Positions 47,652 through 61,425 of a stretch of 64,000 nucleotides of DNA are shown here, piece after piece; the first letter of the stretch is position 1, and the number at the start of each line of letters is the position of its first letter. Location: the NCBI RefSeq assembly GCF_009914755.1, contig NC_060937.1; one strand, 5' to 3'. A program made the position numbers and the translations under genes. This DNA comes from the human T2T-CHM13v2.0 reference genome, Homo sapiens. The notes beneath the pieces were generated by a model. It worked only from the letters and a program-made list of their open reading frames with translations, did not search any database and had not been told where the DNA came from.

Positions 47652-50035
47652 TATATACTGTACATAAAATATGAAGGTACATCAAATATATAGTATATGC
47701 TGCACATAAAATATCAAAGTACCCAAAGTATGTATTATATACTGTACATAAAATATCAAAGTACCAAAAGTATATATTACCTACTGTAAATAAAATATGA
47801 AGATACCTCAAATATATATTATATTCTGTACATAAAATATCAAAGTGCACCAAGTATATACTATATACTCTACATAAAATATTAAATTACCCAAAATATG
47901 TATTGTATTGTGTACATAAAATATGAAAGTAACCAAACATTTATAATAAACTGTACATAAAATATCAAAGTACTCAAACTTTATATTATATACTGTACAT
48001 AAAGTATCAAAGTACCCAAACTGTGTAGTATATACTGTACATGAAATATCAAGGTACCCAAAATGTATATTGTAAAGTGTAGATAAAATATCAAAGTACC
48101 CAAAATATATATTATATACTGTACATAAAATATGAAGGCACATCCAATATATATTATATTCTGTACATAAAATATCAAAGTACACCAAATGTATATTATA
48201 TACTGTACATAAAATATAAAACTACCCCAAATATATCTTATATACTCTACATAAAATATCAAAGTACCCAAAATATATATTATATACTGTACATAAAATA
48301 TCAAAGTACCCATAGTATGTATTATATCCTGTACATAAAATATGAAGGTACATCAAATATATATTCTATTCTGCACATAAAATATCATATTGCACCAAAT
48401 ATATATTGTATACTGTATATAAAATATGAAGGTACTTCAAATATATATTATATGCTGCACATAAAATATCAAAGTACCCAAAGTATGCATTATATACTGT
48501 ACATAAAATATCAAAGTACCCAAAGTGTATATTATATACTGTACATAAAATATGAAGGTTCATCTAATATATTTTATATTCTGCACATAATATATCAAAG
48601 TACAGCAAATATATATTATATATTGTACATAAAATAACAAAGTACCAAAAATATGTATTATATACTGTACATAAAATATGAAAGTAACCAAATATTTATA
48701 ATAAACTGTATATAAAATATCAAAGTACTCAAACTACATATTATATACAGTATATAAAATATCAAAGTACCCAAACTATATATTATATACTGTACATACT
48801 ATATCAAAGTACCCAAATATATAGCATACTGTCCATAAAATATCAAAGTACCCAAAATATATATTGTATACTGTACATAAAATATGAAGGTACATCAAAG
48901 ATATATTATATCCTGTACATAAAATATCAAAGTACACCAAATATATATTATATGCTGTACATAATATATTAAAGTCGACCAAATATATATTATATACTGT
49001 ACATAAAATATGAAGGTACCTCAACTATATATTATATGCTGCACATAAATTATCAAATTACCCAAAGTATGTATTATATACTGTACATAAAATATCAAAG
49101 TACCCAAAGTATATATTATATACTGTACATAAAATATAAAATACCCCAAATATATATTATATGCTGTACATAAAATATCAAAGTACACAAAATATGTATT
49201 ATGTACTGTACATACAATATAAAGGACCCAAAATATATACTATATACTGTACATAAAATATCAAAATACCCAAAATATATATTATATACTGTACATAAAA
49301 TACCAAAGTACCCAAAGTATATATTATATACCGTACAAAAAATATCAAAGTAGCCAAAATATGTATTATACACTGTACATAATATATGAAAGTACCCAAA
49401 CATTTATAATAAACTGTACATAAAATATCAATGTACTCAAACTATGTATTATGTGCGGTACATAACATATCAAAGTATCCATACTATATAGTATGTACTG
49501 CACTTAAAATATCAAAATACCCAAAATATATATTATATACGTTACATAAACTATCAAATACACAAAGTATGTATTATATACTGTACATAAAATAGCAAAG
49601 TTCCCAAAATATGTATTATATACTGTACATAAAATATGAAAGTACCCAACCATTTATAATAAACTCTACATAAAATACCAAAGTACCCAAACTGTGTATT
49701 ATATACTGTCCATAAAATATCAAAGTACCCAAAATATATATTGTAAACTCTACATAAAATATCAAAGTAGCCAAAATACATATTTTATACTGTACATAAA
49801 ATATGAAAGTACCCCAAATATGTATTATATACTGTACATAAAATATCAAAGTACCCATAATACATATTATATACTGTACATAAAATATCAAAGGACCCAA
49901 AATAAACATTATATACTGTACATAAAATATCCAAATACTCAAAATATATATTACGTACTGTACATAAAATATCAAAGTACCCAAATTATGTATTATATAC
50001 TGTACGTAAAATATCAGAGTACCCAAAATATGCAT
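47652..50035 (+). repeat. HOR unit U17: type B lacking ~22 monomers (2384 bp)
   Basis: Copy of U4/U8. Confidence 0.85.
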
Positions 50036-53000
50036 TATATACTGTACATAAAATATGAAAGTAACAATACATTTATAATAAACTGTACAAAAAATATCAA
50101 AGTACTCAAACTATATATCATATACTGTACATAAAATATCAAAGTACCCAAACTGTGTATTATTATATACTGTATATAAAATATCAAATACCTGAAATAT
50201 ATATTGTATACTGTACATAAAATATCAAAGTACCCAAAATATATACTATATACTGTACATAAAATATGAAGGTACATCAAATATATATTATATCCTGTAC
50301 ATAAAATATCAAAGTACACCTATTATATATTGTGTACTGTACATAATATATTAAATCGCCCAAATATATACTGTATACTGTATATAAAATATGAAGGTAC
50401 TTCAAATATATATTATATGCTGCACATAAAATATCAAAGTACCCAAAGTATGCATTACATACTGTACATAAAATATCAAAGTACACATATTATATATTAT
50501 ATAATGTACATAAAATATGAAGGTTCATCAAATATATATTATATTCTGTACATAATATATCAAAGTACATAAAATATATATTATATACGGTACATAAAAT
50601 ATCAAAGTACCAAAAATATGTATTATATACTGTACATAAAACATGAAAGTAACCAAACATTTCTAATAAACTGTACATTAAATATCAAAGTACTCAATGT
50701 ACATAATATATACAGTATATAAAATATCAAAGTACACAAACTGTATATTATATACTGTACATAATATATCAAAGTACCCAGAATATATAGCATACTGTAC
50801 ATAAAATATCAAAGTACCCAAAATATATATTGTATACTGTACTTAAAATATGAAGGTACATCAAAGATATATTATATTCTGTACATAAAATATCAAAGTA
50901 CACCAAATATATATTATATGCTGTACATAGTATATTAAAGTTGCCCGTATATACATTATATACTGTACATAAAATATGAACGTACATCAAATATATAGTA
51001 TATGCTGCACATAAAATATCAAAGTACCCAAAGTATGTATTATACACTGTACATAAAATATCAAAGTACCAAAAGTATATATTACATACTGTAAATAAAA
51101 TATGAAGGTACCTCAAATATATATTATATTCTGTACATAAAATATCAAAGTACACCAAGTATATACTATATACTCTGCATAAAATATTAAATTACCCAAA
51201 ATATGTATTGTATTGTGTACATAAAATATGAAAGTAACCAAACATTTATAATAAACTGTACATAAAATATCAAAATACTCAAACTGTATATTATATACTG
51301 TACATAAAGTATCAAAGTACCCAAACTGTGTAGTATATACTGTACATAAAATATCAAGGTACCCAAAATATATATTGTAAACTGTAGATAAAATATCAAA
51401 GTACCCAAAATATATATTATATACTGTACATAAAATGTGAAGGCACATCCAATATATATTATATTCTGTACATAAAATATCAAAGTACACCAAATGTATA
51501 TTATATACTGTACATAAAATATCAAAGTACCCAAAGTGTATATTATATACTGTACATAAAATATGAAGGTTCATCAAATATATTTTATATTCTGCACATA
51601 ATATATCAAAGTACAGCAAATATATATTATATACTGTACATAAAATATCAAAGTACCCAAAATATGTATTATATACTGTACATAAAATATGAAAGTAACC
51701 AAACATTTATAATAAACTGTACATAAAGTATCAAAGTACTCAAACTACATATTATATACAGTATATAAAATGTCAAAGTACCCAAACTGTATATTATATA
51801 CTGTACATAATATATCAAAGTACCCGAATATATAGCATACTGTACATAAAATATCAAAGTACCCAAAGTGTGTTTTATACACTGCACATAAAATATGAAG
51901 GTACATAAAATATATATTGTATTCTGTACATAAAATATCAAAGTACTCCAAATATATATTATATGCTGTACATAATATATTAAAGTCGCCCAAATATATA
52001 TTATATACTGTGCATAAAATATGAAGGTACATCAAATATATATTATATGCTGCACATAAAATATCAAAGTACCCAAAGTATGTGTTATATACTGTACATA
52101 AAATATCAAAGTACCCAAAGTATATATTACATACTGTACATAAAATATAAAATACCCCAAATATATATTATATGCTGTACATAAAATATCAAAGTACACA
52201 AAATATGTATTATATACTGTACATAAAATACCAAAGGACCCAAAATATATATTATATACTGTACATAAAATATCAAAATACCCAAAATATATATTATATA
52301 CTGTACATAAAATACCAAAGTACCCAAAGTATATATTATATACCGTACAAAAAATATCAAACTAGCCAAAATATGTATTATACACTGTACATAATATATG
52401 AAAGTACCCAAACATTTATAATAAACTGTACATAAAATATCAATGTACTCAAACTATATATTATGTGCGGTACATAAGATATCAAAGTACCCATACTATA
52501 TAGTATATACTGTACTTAAAATATCAAAATACCCAAAATATATATTATATACGTTACATAAACTATCAAGTACACAAAGTATGTATTATATACTGTACAT
52601 AAAATAGCAAAGTTCCCAAAATATGTATTATATATATTATAAATATGTACATAAAATATGAAAGTATCCAACCATTTATAATAAACTCTACATAAAACAC
52701 CAAAGTACCCAAACTGTGTATTATATACTGTCCATAAAATATCAAAGTACCCAAAATATATATTGTAAACTGTACATAAAATATCAAAGTAGCCAAAATA
52801 CATATTGTATACTGTACATAAAATATAAAAGTACCCCAAATATATATTATATACTGTACATAAAATATCAAAGTACCCATAATACATATTATATACTGTA
52901 CATAAAATATCAAAGGACCCAAAATAAACATTATATACTGTACATAAAATATCCAAATACTCAAAATATATATTACATACTGTACATAAAATATCAAAGT

Positions 53001-53057
53001 ACCCAAATTATGTATTATATACTGTACGTAAAATATCAGAGTACCCAAAATATGCAT
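50036..53057 (+). repeat. HOR unit U18: full type A with 10-bp insertion (3022 bp)
   Basis: Copy of U5/U9; the insertion is near 52625-52648. Confidence 0.85.
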
Positions 53058-55399
53058 TATATACTGTACATAAAATATGAAAGTAACAAAACATTTATAA
53101 TAAACTGTACATAAAATATCAAAGTACTCAAACTATATATCATATACTGTACATAAAATATCAAAGTCCCCAAAATATATATTGTATACTGTACATAAAA
53201 TATGAAGGTACATCAAAGATATATTATATTCTGTACATAAAATATCAAACTACACCAAATATATATTATATGCTGTACATAATATATCAAAGTTGCCCAT
53301 ATATACATTCTATACTGTACATAAAATATGAACGTACATCAAATATATAGTATATGCTGCACATAAAATATCAAAGTACCCAAAGTATGTATTATACACT
53401 GTACATAAAATATCAAAGTACCAAAAGTATATATTACATACTGTAAATAAAATATGAAGGTACCTCAAATATATATTATATTCTATACATAAAATATCAA
53501 AGTACACCAAGTATATACTATATACTCTGCATAAAATATTAAATTACCCAAAATATGTATTGCATTGTGTACATAAAATATGAAAGTAACCAAACGTTTA
53601 TAATAAACTGTACATAAAATATCAAAGTACTCAAACTGTATATTATATACTGTACATAAAGTATCAAAGTACCCAAACTGTGTAGTATATATTGTACATA
53701 AAATACCAAGGTACCCAAAATATATATTGTAAACTGTAGATAAAATATCAAAGTACCCAAAATATATATTATATACTGTACATGAAATATGAAGGCACAT
53801 CCAATATATATTATACTCTGTACATAAAATATCAAAGTACACCAAATGTATATTATATACTGTACATAAAATATGAAAGTACCCAATGTGTATATTATAT
53901 ACTGTACATAAACTATGAAGGTTCATCAAATATATTTTATATTCTGCACATAATATATCAAAGTACAGCAAATATATATTATATACTGTACATAAAATAT
54001 CAAAGTACCCAAAATATGTATTATATACTGTACATAAAATATGAAAGTAAGCAAACATTTATAATAAACTGTACATAAAGTATCAAAGTACTCAAACTAC
54101 ATATTATATACAGTATATAAAATATCAAAGTACCCAAACTGTATATTATATACTGTACATAATATATCAAAGTACCCGAATATATAGCATACTCCACATA
54201 AAATATCAAAGTACCCAAAGTTTGTATTATACACTGCACATAAAATATGGAGGTACATCAAAGATATATTATATTCTGTACATAAAATATCCAAGTACAC
54301 CAAATATATATTATATGCTGTACATAATATATTAAAGTCGCCCAAATATATATTATATACTGTACATAAAATATGAAGGTACATCAAATATATATTATAT
54401 GCTGCACATAAAATATCAAAGTACCCAAAGTATGTGTTATATACTGTACATAAAATATCAAAGTACCCAAAGTATATATTATATACTGTACATAAAATAT
54501 AAAATACCCCAAATATATATTATATGCTCTACATAAAATATCAAAGTACACAAAATATGTATTATATACTGTACATAAAATACCAAAGGACCCAAAATAT
54601 ATATTATATACTGTACATAAAATATCAAAATACCCAAAATATATATTATATACTGTACATAAAATACCAAAGTACCCAAAGTATATATTATATACCGTAC
54701 AAAAAATATCAAAGTAGCCAAAATATGTATTATACACTGTACATAATATATGAAAGTACCCAAACATTTATAATAAACTGTACATAAAATATCAATGTAC
54801 TCAAACTATATATTATGTGCGGTACATAAGATATCAAAGTACCCATACTATATAGTATATACTGTACTTAAAATATCAAAATACCCAAAATATATATTAT
54901 ATACGTTACATAAACTATCACATACACAAAGTATGTATTATATACTGTACATAAAATAGCAAAGTTCCCAAAATATGTATTATATACTGTACATAAAATA
55001 TGAAAGTACCCAACCATTCATAATAAAGTCTACATAAAATACCAAAGTACCCAAACTGTGTATTATATACTGTCCATAAAATATCAAAGGACCCAAAATA
55101 TATATTGTAAACTCTACATAAAATATCAAAGTAGCCAAAATACATATTGTATACTGTACATAAAATATAAAAGTACCCGAAATATATATTATATACTGTA
55201 CATAAAATATCAAAGTACCCATAATACATATTATATACTGTACATAAAATATCAAAGGACCCAAAATAAACATTATATACTGTACATAAAATATCCAAAT
55301 ACTCAAAATATATATTACATACTGTACATAAAATATCAAAGTACCCAAATTATGTATTATATACTGTACGTAAAATATCAGAGTACCCAAAATATGCAT
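53058..55399 (+). repeat. HOR unit U19: type A lacking 16 monomers (2342 bp)
   Basis: Copy of U1/U6. Confidence 0.85.
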
Positions 55400-58300
55400 T
55401 ATATACTGTACATAAAATATGAAAGTAACAAAACATTTATAATAAACTGTACATAAAATATCAAAGTACTCAAACTATATATCATATACTGTACATAAAA
55501 TATCAAAGTACCCAAACTGTGTATTATTACATACTTTATATAAAATATCAAAGTACCTGAAATATATATTTTATACTGTACATAAAATATCAAAGTACCC
55601 AAAATATATACTATATACTGTACATAAAATATGAAGGTACATCAAATATATATTATATCCTGTACATAAAATATCAAAGTACTCCTATTATATATTGTGT
55701 ACTGTACATAATATATTAAATCGCCCAAATATATATTGTATACTGTATATGAAATATGAAGGTACTTCAAATATATATTATATGCTGCACATAAAATATC
55801 AAAGTACCCAAAGTATGCATTACATACTGTACATAAAATATCAAAGTACACAAATTATATATTATATTCTGTACATAAAATATGTAGGTTCGTCAAATAT
55901 ATTTTATATTCTGTACATAATATATCAAAGTACATCAAATATATATTATATACGGTACATAAAATATCAAAGTACCCAAAATATGTACTATTTACTGTAC
56001 ATAAAATATGAAAGTAACCAAACATTTATAATAAACTGTACATAAAATATCAAAGTACTCAATCTACATATTATATACAGTATATAAAATATCAAAGTAC
56101 ACAAACTGTATATTATATACTGTACATAATATATCAAAGTACCCAGAATATATAGCATACTGTACATACAATATCAAAGTACCCAGAATGTATATTGTAT
56201 ACTGTACATAAAATATGAAGGTACATCAAAGATATATTATATTCTGTACATAAAATATCAAAGTACACCAAATATATATTATATACTGTACATAATATAT
56301 TAAAGTTGCCCATGTATACATTTTATACTGTACATAAAATATGAAGGTACATCAAATATATAGTATATGCTGCACATAAAATATCAAAGTACCCAAAGTA
56401 TGTATTATATACTGTACATAAAATATCAAAGTACCAAAAGTATATATTACCTACTGTAAATAAAATATGAAGATACCTCAAATATATATTATATTCTGTA
56501 CATAAAATATCAAAGTACACCAAGTATATACTATATACTCTACATAAAATATTAAATTACCCAAAATATGTATTGTATTGTGTACATAAAATATGAAAGT
56601 ATCCAAACATTTATAATAAACTGTACATAAAATATCAAAGTACTCAAACTGTATATTATATACTGTACATAAAGTATCAAAGTACCCAAACTGTGTAGTA
56701 TATACTGTACATAAAATATCAAGGTACCCAAAATATATATTGTAAACTGTAGATAAAATATCAAAATACCCAAAATATATATTATATACTGTACATAAAA
56801 TATGAAGGCACATCCAATATATATTATATTCTGTACATAAAATATCAAAGTACACCAAATGTATATTATATACTGTACATAAAATATCAAAGTACCCAAA
56901 GTGTATATTATATACTGTACATAAAATATGAAGGTTCATCAAATATATTTTATATTCTGCACATAATATATCAAAGTACAGCAAATATATATTATATACT
57001 GTACATAAAATATCAAAGTACCCAGAATATGTATTATATACTGTACATAAAATATGAAAGTAAGCAAACATTTATAATAAACTGTACATAAAGTATCAAA
57101 GTACTCAAACTACATATTATATACAGTATATAAAATATCAAAGTACACAAACTGTATATTATATACTGTACATAATATATCAAAGTACCCGAATATATAG
57201 CATACTCTACATAAAATATCAAAGTACCCAAAGTTTGTATTATACACTGCACATAAAATATGAAGGTACATCAAAGATATATTATATTCTGTACATAAAA
57301 TATCAAAGTACACCAACTATATATTATATGCTGTACATAATATATTAAAGTCGACCAAATATATATTATATACTGTACATAAAATATGAAGGTACATCAA
57401 ATATATATTATATGCTGCACATAAAATATCAAAGTACCCAAAGTATGTGTTATATACTGTACATAAAATATCAAAGTACCCAAAGTATATATTATATACT
57501 GTACATAAAATATAAAATACCCCAAATATATATTATATGCTGTACATAAAATATCAAAGTACACAAAATATGTATTATATACTGTACATAAAATACCAAA
57601 GGACCCAAAATATATATTATATACTGTACATAAAATATCAAAATACCCAAAATATATATTATATACTGTACATAAAATACCAAAGTACCCAAAGTATATA
57701 TTATATACCGTACAAAAAATATCAAAGTAGCCAAAATATGTATTATACACTGTACATAATATATGAAAGTACCCAAACATTTATAATAAACTGTACATAA
57801 AATATCAATGTACTCAAACTATATATTATGTGCGCTACATAAGATATCAAAGTACCCATACTATATAGTATATACTGTACTTAAAATATCAAAATACCCA
57901 AAATATATATTATATACGTTACATAAACTATCAAATACACAAAGTATGTATTATATACTGTACATAAAATAGCAAAGTTCCCAAAATATGTATTATATAC
58001 TGTACATAAAATATGAAAGTACCCAACCATTTATAATAAAGTCTACATAAAATACCAAAGTACCCAAACTGTGTATTATATACTGTCCATAAAATATCAA
58101 AGGACCCAAAATATATATTGTAAACTCTACATAAAATATTAAAGTAGCCAAAATACATATTGTATACTGTACATAAAATATGAAAGTACCCCAAATATAT
58201 ATTATATACTGTACATAAAATATCAAAGTACCCATAATACATATTATATACTGTACATAAAATATCAAAGGACCCAAAATAAACATTATATACTGTACAT

Positions 58301-58412
58301 AAAATATCCAAATTCTCAAAATACATATTACATACTGTACATAAAATATCAAAGTACCCAAATTATGTATTATATACTGTACGTAAAATATCAGAGTACC
58401 CAAAATATGCAT
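55400..58412 (+). repeat. HOR unit U20: canonical length (3013 bp, 72 monomers), B-to-A chimera
   Basis: 72x42=3024 minus 11 bp from fixed 39/40/41/45-bp monomers gives 3013. B-type variants run to ~56542, followed by A-type structure. Confidence 0.83.
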
Positions 58413-61400
58413 TATATACTGTACATAAAAAATGAAAGTAACAAATCATTTATAATAAACTGTACATAAAATATCAAAGTACTCAAACTATATATCATAT
58501 ACTGTACATAAAATATCAAAGTACCCAAACTGTGTATTATTATATACTGTATATAAAATATCAAAGTACCTGAAATATATATTGTATACTGTACATAAAA
58601 TATCAAAGTACCCAAAATATATACTATATACTGTACATAAAATATGAAGGTACATCAAATATATATTATATCCTGTACATAAAATATCAAAGTACACCTA
58701 TTATATATTGTGTACTGTACATAATATATTAAATCGCCCAAATATATATCGTATACTGTATATAAAATATGAAGGTACTTCAAATATATATTGTATGCTG
58801 CACATAAAATATCAAAGTACCCAAAGAATGCATTACATACTGTACATAAAATATCAAGGTACACAAATTATATATTATATACTGTACATAAAATATGTAG
58901 GTTCATCAAATATATTTTATATTCTGTACATAATATATCAAAGTACATCAAATATATATTATATACTGTACATAAAATATCAAAGTACCCAAAATATGTA
59001 TTATATACTGTACATAAAACATGAAAGTAACCAAACATTTATAATAAACTGTACATAAAATATCAAAGTACTCAATCTACATATTATATACAGTATATAA
59101 AATATCAAGGTACACAAACTGTATAATATATACTGTACATAATATATCAAAGTACCCAGAATATATAGCATACTGTACATAAAATATCAAAGTACCCAAA
59201 ATATATATTGTATACTGTACATAAAATATGAAGGTACATCAAAGATATATTATATTCTGTACATAAAATATCAAACTACACCAAATATGTATTGTATGCT
59301 GTACATAATATATTAAAGTTGCCCATATATACATTATATACTGTACATAAAATATGAACGTACATCAAATATATAGTATATGCTGCACATAAAATATCAA
59401 AGTACCCAAAGTATGTATTATACACTGTACATAAAATATCAAAGTACCAAAAGTATATATTACATACTGTAAATAAAATATGAAGGTACCTCAAATATAT
59501 ATTATATTCTGTACATAAAATATCAAAGTACACCAAGTATATACTATATACTCTGCATAAAATATTAAATTACCCAAAATATGTATTGTATTGTGTACAT
59601 AAAATATGAAAGTATCCAAACATTTATAATAAACTGTACATAAAATATCAAAGTACTCAAACTGTATATTATATACTATACATAAAGTATCAAAGTACCC
59701 AAACTGTGTAGTATATACTGTACATAAAATATCAAGGTACCCAAAATATATATTGTAAACTGTAGATAAAATATCAAAGTACCCAAAATATATATTATAT
59801 ACTGTACATAAAATATGAAGGCACATCCAATATATATTATATTCTGTACATAAAATATCAAAGTACACCAAATGTATATAATATACTGTACATAAAATAT
59901 CAAAGTACCCAAATTGTATATTATATACTGTACATAAAATATGAAGGTTCATCAAATATATTTTATATTCTGCACATAATATATCAAAGTACAGCAAATA
60001 TATATTATATACTGTACATAAAATATCAAAGTACCCAAAATATGTATTTATATACTGTACATAAAATATGAAAGTAACCAAACATTTATAATACACTGTA
60101 CATAAAGTATCAAAGTACTCAAACTACATATTATATACAGTATATAAAATATCAAAGTACCCAAACTGTATATTATATACTGTACATAATATATCAAAGT
60201 ACCCGAATATATAGCATACTCTACATAAAATATCAAAGTACCCAAAGTTTGTATTATACACTGCACAGAAAATATGAAGGTACATCAAAGATATATTATA
60301 TTCTGTACATAAAATATCCAAGTACACCAAATATATATTATATGCTGTACATAATATATTAAAGTCGACCAAATATATATTATATACTGTACATAAAATA
60401 TGAAGGTACATCAAATATATATTATATGCTGCACATAAAATATCAAAGTACCCAAAGTATGTGTTATATACTGTACATAAAATATCAAAATACCCAAAGT
60501 ATATATTATATACTGTACATAAAATATAAAATACCCCAAATATATATTATATGCTCTACATAAAATATCAAAGTACACAAAATATGTATTATATACTGTA
60601 CATAAAATACCAAAGGACCCAAAATATATATTATATACTGTACATAAAATATCAAAATACCCAAAATATATATTATATACTGTACATAAAATACCAAAGT
60701 ACCCAAAGTATATATTATATACCGTACAAAAAATATCAAAGTAGCCAAAATATGTATTATACACTGTACATAATATATGAAAGTACCCAAACATTTATAA
60801 TAAACTGTACATAAAATATCAATGTACTCAAACTATATATTATGTGCGGTACATAAGATATCAAAGTACCCATACTATATAGTATATACTGTACTTAAAA
60901 TATCAAAATACCCAAAATATATATTATATACGTTACATAAACTATCAAATACACAAAGTATGTATTATATACTGTACATAAAATAGCAAAGTTCCCAAAA
61001 TATGTATTATATACTGTACATAAAATATGAAAGTACCCAACCATTTATAATAAAGTCTACATAAAATACCAAAGTACCCAAACTGTGTATTATATACTGT
61101 CCATAAAATATCAAAGGACCCAAAATATATATTGTAAACTCTACATAAAATATCAAAGTAGCCAAAATACATATTGTATACTGTACATAAAATATAAAAG
61201 TACCCCAAATATATATTATATACTGTACATAAAATATCAAAGTACCCATAATACATATTATATACTGTACATAAAATATCAAAGGACCCAAAATAAACAT
61301 TATATACTGTACATAAAATATCCAAATACTCAAAATATATATTACATACTGTACATAAAATATCAAAGTACCCAAATTATGTATTATGTACTGTACGTAA

Positions 61401-61425
61401 AATATCAGAGTACCCAAATATGCAT
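58413..61425 (+). repeat. HOR unit U21: type A (3013 bp)
   Basis: A +1 bp change near 60048 and a -1 bp change near 61417 cancel out. Confidence 0.85.

Noticed and set aside
59491-60096. Longest ORF (201 aa)
   Set aside because: It is the same repeat frame as the 197-aa ORFs elsewhere, extended only by a 1-bp insertion near 60048.
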